63,902 nucleotides of DNA from Octopus bimaculoides (lineage: Eukaryota): assembly GCF_001194135.2 (NCBI RefSeq), contig NC_068981.1, positions 168,359,809 to 168,423,710 of the forward strand, read 5' to 3'. This document shows positions 1 through 10,752 of the stretch, in pieces (positions within the stretch are counted from its first letter, which is position 1; each line of letters opens with the position of its first letter). The position numbers were made by a program, and so were the translations under genes. Under the pieces are notes generated by a model, which worked only from the letters and a program-made list of their open reading frames with translations, made no database searches and had not been told where the DNA came from.

Positions 1-204
1 GAGACTCAGACTCACATCCCTGTGATTACGCATCAAGTGCTTTACCATTAAGCTAAACTGCCCAGTAACGAATTCTTCTGCAATTTTAGAACTTATAAAT
101 TTAGCTTCATAAGTTATAAAATTGCAGAAGAATTCGTTACTGGGCAGTTTAGCTTAATGGTAAAGCACTTGACACGTAATCACAGGTATGTGAGTTTGAG
201 TCTC
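1..204. repeat. Long inverted repeat: arms 1-96 and 109-204, 12-nt spacer, 5 mismatches
   Basis: Direct reverse-complement comparison by eye. Confidence 0.95.
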
Positions 205-215
205 ATGGCTGGCCA
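142..215 (+). pseudogene. tRNA-like sequence (Thr-CGT-like pseudogene or SINE head); its mirror copy is on the minus strand at 1-63 and beyond
   Basis: A-box-like TAGCTTAATGG, T-arm GTGAG-TTTGAGT-CTCAT, acceptor GGGCAGT/GCTGGCC-A with one G-G mismatch; anticodon loop CACGTAA lacks U33 and the anticodon stem is imperfect. Confidence 0.55.
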
Positions 216-293
216 GTAAAGAGTTTTTCTGCAATGTATGGATAATTTATCCTGATCACGCTATTTATTAGCATATATTTAAAGTGTTCTTAC

Positions 294-371
294 TTGGAGT
301 TCTTCTAGCTTCATATCCAGTGAATGCAATTTGCTTATTATTTCTTCAATATTGTAGACAAATGTTATACT
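294..371 (-). CDS. QRICH2/C16orf96-like exon (78 nt; SITFVYNIEEIISKLHSLDMKLEELQ)
   Basis: tcttttattttag| and |gtaaga; phase 0-0; coiled-coil-like; gene continues beyond position 1. Confidence 0.8.
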
Positions 372-473
372 CTAAAATAAAAGATAAATTATTTTTGTGT
401 TAAAAAAATTATAAACGACAAAAATAGCACCAATAACGGTAAAAATAACATTAAAAAAATCCTTTTTAGGTGC

Positions 474-640
474 TGGCATGGCTGTGTGGTAAAAGACTTG
501 CTTCTCAACCACAACCACATAGTTTTGGGTTCAGTCTCACTGCATGACATCTTGTGCAAGAGTCTTCTACTGTCGCCTTGGGCTGACCAAAACCTTGTGA
601 GTGGATTTGGTAGAAGGAAACTAACACAAGCTCATTGTGT
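474..640 (+). mobile_element. tRNA-derived CORE-type SINE (family A), 5' part
   Basis: GGCTGTGTGGTAA...GGGTTCAGTC...CTTGGGCAAGTGTCTTCTACTATAGCC pattern; many copies in the window. Confidence 0.85.
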
Positions 641-830
641 GTGTGTGTGTGTGTGTGTGTATTTGTCCACCACCACCACCATGATGATGATGATGATAAT
701 AACGAAGGTGAGGTGGTGGTGATGGTGATGATGATGGTGATGATAATGGTGATGATGATGATGGTGATGGTGGTGGTAGTGATGATAATGATGATGATGA
801 TGATAAAAAAAAACAACAAGGATGACATGA
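637..830. repeat. Compound microsatellite (TG)n/(CAC)n/(GAT,GGT)n
   Basis: Direct; source of the poly-His/Met/Ser ORFs. Confidence 0.95.
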
Positions 831-898
831 AATAACAGAAGACAACAAAGTAGTTTAAGAATGAACAAGAAAAAAAGGAAATAATAGAACATTCTTAC

Positions 899-973
899 TT
901 CAAATTTTTTCAATCTCACATCCATTAATTGAATTTTATCCAAAATTGCTCCAACATTTTTCAAGAATTCTGC
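899..973 (-). CDS. QRICH2/C16orf96-like exon (75 nt; AEFLKNVGAILDKIQLMDVRLKKFE)
   Basis: ctgttacag| and |gtaaga; phase 0-0; heptad-like hydrophobic pattern. Confidence 0.8.
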
Positions 974-1057
974 CTGTAACAGACATCAATAAAAAAATTT
1001 AGTTTTTAAAACTTCATAATTACAGTAAATTATTATTTTACATTATTATTTTCCCAT

Positions 1058-1250
1058 GGATTGGTGGTTAAGAAGCTTGCTTTCCAACCATGTGGCTTCA
1101 TGTTCAATCTCAATGTGTGGCATCTTGGGTAAGTGTTTTCTACTATAGCCTCAGTTTGAGCAAAGCTTTGTGAGCAGATATGGAAGTCAGAAACTGAAAG
1201 AAGCCTATGGTGTGTGTGTGCGTGCGCGCATGTGTGTGTGCATGCATTGC
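1058..1250 (+). mobile_element. SINE family A, 5' part
   Basis: Same consensus as 474-640. Confidence 0.75.
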
Positions 1251-1364
1251 AGCATATATGTATGTATGCATGTATGTTCTACATTTTCTCTTTTACATTT
1301 AGCTTAAATTTTGACCAGCCACCTGTTTGGTGGCAAGGTTGTGAAGGAATGCATCCTTTGTCCA

Positions 1365-1665
1365 TCATCCTTTAAATCTTAAGGCCTTGCAGATTTCTGG
1401 AGTCCCAGATATTGTGATCATTTGTAGTGTATGAATTAAGGATTTGCATCCTTGCTTCAAGAACCCAAGTTCAGCCATACTTTGCTCCAGACAGGCTGGT
1501 ATGTATCTTGCTGCTTCAATGATAATCGGTATGAAACTGAAAGTTTATCTTGGGTATTGGATTTGCAGACTCCTTATTAATAGTCCATAGGTGTCCTCTT
1601 TCTCTTGTATTTTTCAAACTACATTGGTATCCAGAGGACAGCTGATTTCCACAACAGAACATATC
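1365..1665 (-). mobile_element. Degenerate 3' end of a non-LTR retrotransposon with restriction-like (REL) endonuclease
   Basis: Manual translation VVEISCPLDTNVV*KIQEKEDTYGLLIRSLQIQYPR*TFSFIPIIIEAARYIPACLEQSMAELGF...LQMITISGTPEICKALRF fits the R2/R4/NeSL-type PD-(D/E)xK C-terminus; two in-frame stops. Confidence 0.75.
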
Positions 1666-1679
1666 CAGCCAGTTGTGCT

Positions 1680-1896
1680 TTAACTCTTCAGCATTTAATC
1701 TGGCCAAATATTCTCCCTGTTTTATGTTCAAACTGGCTAGATCCAGCTTCTCATACTTACTCTGCAGTTTCATTCTAAAAATACACAAACACACCATTGA
1801 AATATTGAAGCTACAAAATAATACATGATTAATTCAAAACAATGTGAATAAATAAGCATTGTATTTAACAAAGTAACCTGAATGCTAAATGGTTGA
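1680..1896 (+). mobile_element. piggyBac-like MITE (family E)
   Basis: Degenerate TTAA-CCCTTTAGCATT ... AATGCTAAAGGG-TTAA termini; shared internal sequence with 9 other copies. Confidence 0.75.
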
Positions 1897-2269
1897 GTTG
1901 GTGGCTATTTTAATTTTTAAGTTCCACTAATATTCCTTTGACCCATTGGTCTCAATATAGCCAGCTTCATCTGTAATAATTTTCTTTTTTGTTATCAGGC
2001 TATTTTGACCATTGCATCATGCCTCATGGGAAGATAATATCTTGAGGATATAAAAGAAGATACTAACCCAAGGTGCTGTACAGTGGGACTGAACCTGAAA
2101 CTACATGGTTGCAAAATGAACTTATTAATCTCAACTATGCCTGTGCTTAATGTGTATGTATATGAGTGTGTGCGTGTATCTATGTATGTATGTACATATA
2201 TACACATACACACACATTCACAAACAAAAGTAAGGTATTTATGTATAATATATTTTTTATTCATATAAA

Positions 2270-2440
2270 GGGGCAGGTGTGGCTGTGTGGTATGAAACTT
2301 GCTTCCCAATGACATGGTTCCAAGTTCAAGTCCCACAGTGTGACGCTATAGGCAAGTGTTTTCTACAATAGTTCTAGGCTGACCAAAGCTTTGTGAGTGG
2401 CCTGGATAGACAGAAACTAAGCCTAACCCATTGTGTATGT
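2270..2440 (+). mobile_element. SINE family A, 5' part
   Basis: Consensus match. Confidence 0.8.
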
Positions 2441-2556
2441 GTGTGTGGCATGAAACTGTGGCGATCCTTTGAATGATAACTGACGAGGATTTGATGACCT
2501 ACTATGTGCGTTTACCATTTTTTTGTGATTAAATATATTATGTGTTTCCTTAACAT

Positions 2557-2604
<48 letters not shown>

Positions 2605-2605
2605 G

Positions 2606-2686
2606 TACAGGGATGGCCAAAAGTCACCTGACAGTAAGTCAAAACCAATTAATTCCAAGATTTATTGATGCTTAAAAACTGAATAT
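2606..2686. mobile_element. Terminus of a Tc1/mariner-type element beside an assembly gap
   Basis: TA|CAGGGATGGCC start within a (TA)n tract; does not match the maT TIR at 3560-3582. Confidence 0.45.
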
Positions 2687-3068
2687 NNNNNNNNNNNNNN
2701 NNNNNNNNNNNNNNNNNNNNNNNNNNNNNNNNNNNNNNNNNNNNNNNNNNNNNNNNNNNNNNNNNNNNNNNNNNNNNNNNNNNNNNNNNNNNNNNNNNNN
2801 NNNNNNNNNNNNNNNNNNNNNNNNNNNNNNNNNNNNNNNNNNNNNNNNNNNNNNNNNNNNNNNNNNNNNNNNNNNNNNNNNNNNNNNNNNNNNNNNNNNN
2901 NNNNNNNNNNNNNNNNNNNNNNNNNNNNNNNNNNNNNNNNNNNNNNNNNNNNNNNNNNNNNNNNNNNNNNNNNNNNNNNNNNNNNNNNNNNNNNNNNNNN
3001 NNNNNNNNNNNNNNNNNNNNNNNNNNNNNNNNNNNNNNNNNNNNNNNNNNNNNNNNNNNNNNNNNNNN

Positions 3069-3580
3069 GGTGTGGTTGTAGAAATTATCTGACAGCCATG
3101 ACTGGGTTTTCCTGCTTGTGTGGCATGGTGCAGAGTCCTGTTGCCAGACATAGGGTCTTCCAGCAGCCACCCTCTTGACCCAGGGCAGCACTACCTCCTT
3201 CAGGCACTTGATGTAGGCCTCCATGTTAAGTCTGAGGTCCTGTGGGAAGATGAATGGAGGTATAATGTCGTCATCACTAGTGATCATTCCAAACACCATG
3301 ATGTTGACTGGAAGTTTGATTTTTATCACTCTCGGTACATGTCCTGAGACTGACACTCAAACACTCCGAAATGTTCGTATTGGAGCTTCTGGCACGGATG
3401 CCAAGCAGCACAGCATGTTGTTTCTAAATTTCTGGCAGAGTGAATTGCATCATGGCACTGTTTTCTCATAGACAGTACCAATGGACCCTACTATACTGTG
3501 TAGTTGACAAAATCAAAAACAAACAATGCGCACGCATGAAATTAAAAATATAAAACGGTGACAATTTACCCGTTTCACCC

Positions 3581-3582
<2 letters not shown>
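3069..3582 (-). mobile_element. Internally deleted DD37D (maT/mori-type) Tc1/mariner transposon
   Basis: VNIMVFGMITSDDDIIPPFIFPQDLRLNMEAYIKCLKEVVLPW...WQQDSAPCHTS transposase core; TIR TA|GGGTG...GTAAATTGTC. Confidence 0.85.
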
Positions 3583-3613
<31 letters not shown>

Positions 3614-3752
3614 TTGCATGTGTGTGTTAGGAAGGGCATCCAGCCATAATTACCATGCCAAAACAGGCATGGAAGTTTGGTGCAGCCTTCTGCCTGGCCA
3701 GCTCCAGTTAAACCATCCAACCCATGCCAGCATGGAAAGCAGACATTAAACA

Positions 3753-3880
3753 ATGATGATAATAATACAAATACTACTACTACTACTAATAATAATAATA
3801 CAAATACTACTACTACTACTACTACTACTAATAATAATAATAATAATAATAATCATAATAATAATAATAATAATAATAAT
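3753..3880. repeat. (AAT)n/(TAC)n microsatellite
   Basis: Direct. Confidence 0.95.
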
Positions 3881-4234
3881 CCAAGGATGGAATTTCATAA
3901 ATATTTTAACCGTTAGCACACTGCATTTTCTCTAGAATTGTTTCCCCTGCCATTTCCCTGTTACTGCAGGTGAGAAAACTCATGTGATGACATAATGTAC
4001 CTACCATGTGCTAAAAGTTAATGCATTGCTACATGTATTTCCACAGATCACATGTTGTTTGTGACTATATCTGCATCCACAGGATGATTACAACAATTTA
4101 TAATGTCCATGGATATTATGGCAAGTTGTTATTCATGCATTCATTTCCTCATGTGATATAGCATCATAGTTAAACATTCACTACCACCAACTATATCACC
4201 TGACAAAATGAACATACAAATAATGACTTACCAT

Positions 4235-4510
4235 AATCATCATCATCATCATCGTTTAACGTCCACTTTCCATGCTAGCATGGGTTGGACGATTTGACTG
4301 AGGACTGGCGAACCAGAAGGCTGCACCAGGTTCCAATCTGATCTGGCCGAGTTTCTACAGCTGGATGCCCTTCCTAATGCCAACCACTCCGAGAGTGTAG
4401 TGGGTGCTTTTATGTGCCACCGGTAAGAAGGCCAGTCACGCGGTACTGGCAACAACCACGCTTGAATGATTTTCTAACGTGCCACCAGCACAAGTGCTAG
4501 AAGGCAACGA
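4235..4510 (-). mobile_element. RTE-associated 3' tail/SINE (family C)
   Basis: Reverse complement of GGTTGGCGTTAGGAAGGGCATCCAGCTGTAG...GCATGGAAAGCGGACGTTAAA(TGA)n. Confidence 0.85.
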
Positions 4511-4644
4511 TCCATGGATATTACAAGTTATATTGTAATTATCCAATGGATGTGGATATGGTCACAAGCAACATATCATTTATGGAATCACTCATAGTGA
4601 TACATTAAAATATTTATGAAATTCCATCTTCTGATTATTCTTTT

Positions 4645-4872
4645 ACTTATACTCTTTTATTTGTTTCAGTCATTTGACTGCAGCCATGCTGGAGCACCGC
4701 CTTTAGTTGAGCAAATCAATCCCAGGACTTATTCTTTATAAGCCTAGTACTTATTCTATCGGTCTTTTTTGCCGAACCGCTAAGCTACGGGGACATAAAC
4801 ACCACCATCGGTTGTCAAGTGCTGTTGGGTGGGGAGACAAACACAGACACACAAACATATACACACACATGC

Positions 4873-4937
<65 letters not shown>

Positions 4938-5107
4938 TATATACGACAGGCTTCTTTCAGTTTCCGTCCACCAAATCCATGCACAAGGCTTTGGTCGGCC
5001 CAAGGCTATAGTAGAAGACACTTGCCCAAGGTGCCATGCAGTGGGACTGAACCCGGAACCATGTGGCTGGTAAGCAAGCTACTTACCACACAGCTACTCC
5101 TGTGCCT
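4645..5107 (-). mobile_element. Near full-length SINE family A with internal (TA)n
   Basis: tRNA head, CORE-like segment and 3' tail ...CAGTCAAATGACTGAAAC are all present. Confidence 0.9.
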
Positions 5108-5269
5108 ACAATTATAATTATTATTATTATATTTATCCTACATTATATTGGTACAGCCTGCTACTATCCCATATAATTGCTGCTGTAAGTTGGAATTATT
5201 AGGTGGTAGTTGGCATAATAGCATAGGAGCTTTTCTGTGCATACTCAAAAGTGTTTCCCATAAACAAGC

Positions 5270-5530
5270 TTAAAGGATATATGTATACACACACACACAT
5301 ATGTATATATCTATGTGAGTGTCTTTGTGTATGATTGTCTCCCACCACTGCTTGGCAACTGGTGTTAGTTTCTTTTTTGCGTCCCCATAACTTGGCAGCC
5401 TGGCAAGTGAGACTGATAGAATTAGTGCCAAGCTTAATAAAGAGAAGTACATGGGGCGATTTGTTTAACTGAGCCCTTCAAGACTGTGCCCCAGCATGGC
5501 TGCAGTCCAATGACAGAAAAGAGTTTTAAA
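5270..5530 (+). mobile_element. SINE family A, 3' half
   Basis: Consensus match; it encodes the spurious C-terminus of ORF 5465-6286. Confidence 0.8.
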
Positions 5531-5572
5531 AATATTTTTTTTAAACCACAAAAAAGTCCCCTTTATATATAC

Positions 5573-6286
5573 CTTTGCATTCATAACTTTTTCAACTTCT
5601 TCTTTTCTTGATAGTGAATGATTTTCAAGGAGTTCAAAAAGCTTCTCCATGCTTTCCACCGGTGGGAAATGATTTAATTTGTTAAGGAGATCATTGATTT
5701 GAGATTCCACATATGGGATTCCACATATCGTTGTCTCATTTATTCCGTCAATTGAATAATATCTTGATGGATAATCAACGGTACCCTCAGAAGCACTGTG
5801 GATACTTACTTTTGAAGAAGATCTAAGCGACCTAAATTCTGTTTCACTTAATTCTTCATCAAAATCTTTCACTAATTCTTGTATTGAACTCTGTCTTGAA
5901 ATTGTCAGTTTTGGTAAAGCTGTAACTGAAAGTTCTATTTCAGAACCTATTTTTACTTGCTTGTCGGTTGGTTTAAATGAATCAGTTGTCATAGTCTCAT
6001 CAGTTTGAGCAGCTATCTCAGGTTGTGGCTGTCTCTGAATGTCAGTGAGGATTCCATGTGTAGACCTATGTCCTGCCTCTCCTGTTTTTATTTCCTTATG
6101 GACTGGTTCTTTTTGAAGAGGAATCACAACTTCATCTGGTCTCTCAGGAACCTTAACTCTAGTGTCACCTATATCTAATCGTTTAATAATAGCATGTAGC
6201 AAAGTATGTAACATAAAACAGTTTATCATTCCAATCTTGGGACTGGCCAACGCCAAATTTAAAAGGTCTGACATTTTATAATACAT
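5573..6286 (-). CDS. QRICH2/C16orf96-family protein, first coding exon (238 codons)
   Basis: N-terminus MSDLLNLALASPKIGMINCFMLHTLLHAIIKRLDI resembles the recalled QRICH2 start SLRELADLAIGTPEVGAVNFTALHTLIVAMLKNLDL. Donor AAG|GTATAT at 5573 (phase 0); likely acceptor ttttctataag| just upstream of the ATG. The supplied ORF runs 35 aa into the intron. Confidence 0.85.
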
Positions 6287-7304
6287 TTTCTTTGTTTCTT
6301 ATAGAAAATTACTCAAACGTGTAACTATGAAAACAATCGAGGGGAAAAAACAGCGGGGGCGGAGGAGAACAAAGCCAATACTTAGCTGTGACTTGTATTA
6401 TATTTAATGCATGTGTAGGTGCATGTGACTTTCTGTGCGTGCAAGTGGTTACGAGTGAAAGTATTTGTATATATATAAATATATTCGTTATCAGTGAGGG
6501 TTTATGAAGGCAACAGTAATATACACGATGTATTTTTAACAACAATATATAGCCCTCTTAACCTCTATATTAGCATAACATAATCAATAATGATTACACT
6601 TCACGTTTCATGTCTTTTATATCTCCCACTACTCTTTTGTATCCTGGGGACAAATAGAAGAAACGTTGATTTGTTGTTGTTGCTGCTAATCTCGTGAGCA
6701 GCTGCGGTTGGTATACCCAAGTCTATCGATGTCTTGTATTTACGGTTGATGTAGATTGTCACTGGTCGTGATGGTATTTTACATTCGTATTTTTATCTCC
6801 TTTAATTATACTCTGTATTTACATCATACGTCTGTATGTTTGTGTAGTATGTGTGCGTATTCGTGTATAACTTTATTGACCGTGACTTTAAAGTTTTGTC
6901 GGTAATCGTGTGTGATATATTTTAAACACAACAAAAACATAAATCGTTAAACCGATTTTGCCGAAAATTGGACGAGTGGGTACAGCTGTTCACTGACAAA
7001 ATCCGCAGCGACGAGGAACTTGCAGAGAGTTTTTCAGATGGCCCGATCACTGAAGCGGGTGGTTGGGAGAACAATTTAGTTAACGCGAAAACATTTCAGG
7101 TAGAGGAGTTGAAAAAGAATAAGGGGTGGGGGAATGAGAAGTTACACAATCACGTGTCTAAAAGAGACGTTGATGCGGTGTAATAATGTAAATGACGTAT
7201 GTAAATATTCTTCACTACAGCAGTAGCAGCAGCAGTAGTAGTAGAAGTAATTCATTTTGCCAATTTATATAGAAGTAGAAAATTATATTGAAGTAAAAAG
7301 GCGG

Positions 7305-7715
7305 GAAAGGCGGCGAGCTGGCAGAATCGTTAGCACGCCGGGTAAAATGCTTATCAGCATTTCGTCCATCCTTTCGTTCTGAGTTCAAATACCGCCGAGA
7401 TCACCTTTGTTTTTCATCCTTTCGGGATCGATAAATTAAGTACCAGATACGCACTGGAGTCGATAAGGCCTTGTACCTATAGTAGAAAGGATAATTATTA
7501 AGGCGGCGAGCTGGTAGAATCGTCTGCACGCCGGACAAAAGACTCAGCGGCATTCCGTCCGTCTTTACGCTCTGAGTTCAAATACCGCCGAGATCAACTT
7601 TGTCTTTCATCCTTTCGGGATCGATAAATTAAGTACCAGTCAAGCACTGGAATCGATGTAATCGTCTTTCTCCCTCCCTTCAAATTGGTGGCCTTGTGCC
7701 AAAATAAGAAAGAAT
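7305..7715 (+). mobile_element. Two tandem tRNA-derived SINEs with Deu/Nin-like domain (family B)
   Basis: AAGGCGGCGAGCTGGCAGAATCG head; TTTGCCTTTCATCCTTTCGGGGTCGATAAATTAAGTACCAG core. Confidence 0.85.
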
Positions 7716-9405
7716 AGGTATCATTTTTACAAGGGGAAATAACTTACGGAGACCTCGAGAGTGGTTTCCCCATGATCTTAAGAAGTTAGTACAGGCTAGT
7801 TGCTCCGTGGGTAATTTATGTTGCCAAGTTCGAATTCAAGTTTCAGATGAGTGTCAAAATATATATAAAATAAATTTTAAAATGTAATATATCAATCATG
7901 ATAATGACGACGACGACGTTGATGACACAGCATCACTGATGTTACCTGAAGTCACTGGATGTGTTGAGTATTTCAATAGTTTCTACTTATTAGAAAACCT
8001 CATCCGCCAAATAACCGATCTGGTGTTAATCACCTTTGACGTGTATCCTGATAACATTTCGCTACACACAGCTTCCTTCTCTTGATCTACATCCATCTAG
8101 AGCTTGAGGCTAAAAACTTCCTTGAGTTTTTTTTCCATCAAGCCTGAGCTGACGACTTAGATGTTAGTTGGACATTGAGAAACAACATACTGTTGTATAC
8201 GAAAATAAATGCGTTCTGTTTTCATATACTTTGTGTGCAGGACACACAACATATTTTATAAATAAAAACATTAAATTCTGATGCTAAAGAAATTCGTAAA
8301 AAACATGCATCTGTAAGTAACACTCAGAAAGCAGACGATAATTTGAAAGTCTTCACAATAACCTAACCATAGTCAGCTATAGAATTAATTTGTTTCTGTA
8401 TCTGTTAAATTCAATATCCAAAAATAAAAATGGAGAAAGAGGAAGAAAGGAGAATAAATCATTGTCGAAAATTCTATTTTTATGTAATTTCAAGAGAAAC
8501 ATTCAGATAGAGCCAGTAGCGTAGCATGGATTTTGGCAGTCTTGTAAGGTAACTAAATTGGTTACCTCGCTTTCTTAAATATAACAGCAAACGCGTATAT
8601 AAAATTGCCATCTTGTGAGGTTCGCACTAAGGAGACCCCAACCCTTGACCCTGTTCCCCCAGAACGTAGGAAGTTCTGCAAGAAATAGTAATAAATTAGA
8701 TTTTTAGTAATTCTTTAAAAGTTTAATTCTTGTATATTCGTAATTTTATCATACATGCACTACATATTCCCCAAAATAGGAAAATACGGGCATCTGTTGG
8801 TCTAGTAAGGAGACTCTACGGGATAAATGACCCTTTAATGAGCATTTTTTTTTAATGGAAATTTGGATGATAAACAAGATCTTGGTTTAGATTATATTTC
8901 TTAGGCCCTGCTTGTGCTGTCTGATGGATTTAGCACTGCCAAACATTTCAAAGGTTTTATCATGTAGCATGAATATTTAGCAATCCAAGATCGCAATTCT
9001 CTAGCATATTACCTATGCTATCGAAAATATTTGACCAATCAAAACTTTGTGTAGAACAGGTTTCAACAGCAAATTTCAATTTTGGCGCACGTCTCTTTGA
9101 GCCTAATCACTACTATATATTCAACGCACTTTGCTACCATAGAAAGACAGCAGATAGACGGCGTAGAGACTGCGAACAACAGCTAAACCAAGCTGACAAT
9201 ACAAAAGCAATCAACAAGTGGCGTACGTAAGACGTTAGAAGACGGGGAGCACGACCAGCTTCTAACCACAATGAAGGAACGGTGACAGCAACACAAGAAT
9301 TCGCTAACATTTTGACTGCTGCTACAATCACACCAGTCCAAGAGCAATTATCTCCAAATTCTATCGGTGTCTTTTGTAGTAACGACGTTGTTTGTTTACG
9401 AAAAG

Positions 9406-9476
9406 AATAAATATATAAGAGTTGGGTGAGATATGATGGCATGGCCATCTCTCCCCAGCTCTTATATTATTTATTA
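9406..9476. other. About 70-nt stem-loop
   Basis: aataaatatataagagttgggtgagat pairs with atctctccccagctcttatattatttatt; 14-nt loop. Confidence 0.7.
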
Positions 9477-9700
9477 AATTCAGAAATACAACAAACACGA
9501 GGGTCAACGGTAACAACAGATCAATACTTTATTCCTGGTTGGTGTAGAGCCGTTTGGTTCCCGGGTGAAAGGCATGCCGCTATAATACCAAAGGAAGCTT
9601 CGACCACATGTCGGGGTCGATGTTGTCAGAGAGCCTGGAAAACGTCCTGTCACGACGGTTGCTGGATGAATAAGAGAGAGAACGCTATATCTTTATCCTC

Positions 9701-9811
9701 CACGTGTTGCATTGCGCATGCGTGCTCGAGTACTTCCGCTGACAGCAAATCCCTTGCACATGCGCAATGGCACTTCCCAAGATGGCGGCCACACGCGCCA
9801 CTACAAATATC
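9701..9811. promoter_or_regulatory. Promoter-type motif cluster (E-box, 2x NRF1-like, ETS, YY1, ZNF143-like)
   Basis: CACGTG 9701-06; TGCGCATGCG 9713-22; ACTTCCG 9732-38; TGCACATGCGCA 9755-66; CAAGATGGCGGC 9778-89; ACTACAAATATC 9800-11; locally CpG-rich. Confidence 0.6.
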
Positions 9812-10364
9812 TTGTTTATCAAAATATCAAGCAGTTATCAGTGTTCTTCGTAACAAGTGGTGACCTTGAAGAAAGATTGTGATGCGGCCTAGAAGCAACT
9901 TGGCGATTACTCCGTCCTTACGACATTATGCAGTTCCCCAAGTTGAAAAGTACCACCATTACAAAGCTTACCAATACCTGGCAAGTTCACATAAACAACA
10001 CTAATATGGCTCTGAAAATTCTCTCTCTGGATGACTTTTCTCAGCCGTTGTAGCCTTGTCACGCCGCTGCCATCTCTGTCGTCAATACACTTGTGATCGT
10101 GTCCCAGACACGCTTCACTTTTTTATCAGCATATCAAACGTTTTCAGCGACACCACCAAGATGCCATATCATCGATACCAACCAACATATTCAATAAGTT
10201 TGTATTCGTCTTGTTGTCTTCCGTCAGCATCGAATGCCTGAAATTGGTTCATCTTGAGTCTCTAACAATATCAACCTCATATCAGTACATTCTCTCACTG
10301 ATGTTTCCATCCGCTCAAGAATGAAATCAGTCAACATGTGTTTTATTCAATGCAATACGAAAAA

Positions 10365-10610
10365 ATACTGTTTTCTTCATCAAGATTACTTTTTCCAACT
10401 GCTTTCCCAATCTCTTGTTTTGATACATAGACACATATTTATTTATTTTCTCTCCCTGTTTATTTCTGTGTTCCTTTCTGTCAAAGAGCGTAGGCTCGAA
10501 ACATAAAAGACTTTCTCACTTCCCGAGTGTTAAACTAATACATCTGTTTGTTGTTTACACACCCGTCTTCGTTTTCTGGGTTTTTTTTTGTAAATTCTCA
10601 CTACATACAT

Positions 10611-10620
<10 letters not shown>
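10365..10620. mobile_element. Probable Penelope-like terminal repeat remnant
   Basis: GAGC-GTAG-GCTC-GAAAC at about 10484-10501 resembles a degenerate hammerhead core; followed by a microsatellite. Confidence 0.35.
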
Positions 10621-10647
<27 letters not shown>

Positions 10648-10709
10648 NNNNNNNNNNNNNNNNNNNNNNNNNNNNNNNNNNNNNNNNNNNNNNNNNNNNN
10701 NNNNNNNNN

Positions 10710-10746
<37 letters not shown>

Positions 10747-10752
10747 CATATA

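Noticed and set aside
486-964. Poly-His/Met/Ser/Ile ORFs
   Set aside because: Translations of SINE plus trinucleotide microsatellite; only 899-973 is a real exon.
2649-3356. 235-aa ORF, and all other X-containing ORFs (28.4-29.0, 54.7-54.9, 56.6-57.4, 61.7-62.0 kb)
   Set aside because: Their length comes from reading through N gaps.
5465-5572. C-terminal 35 aa of the 273-aa ORF
   Set aside because: Lies after the splice donor and runs into a SINE tail.
9015-9400. ORF-like stretch, possible LTR-retrotransposon remnant
   Set aside because: No gag/pol motif, LTR or PBS could be identified.
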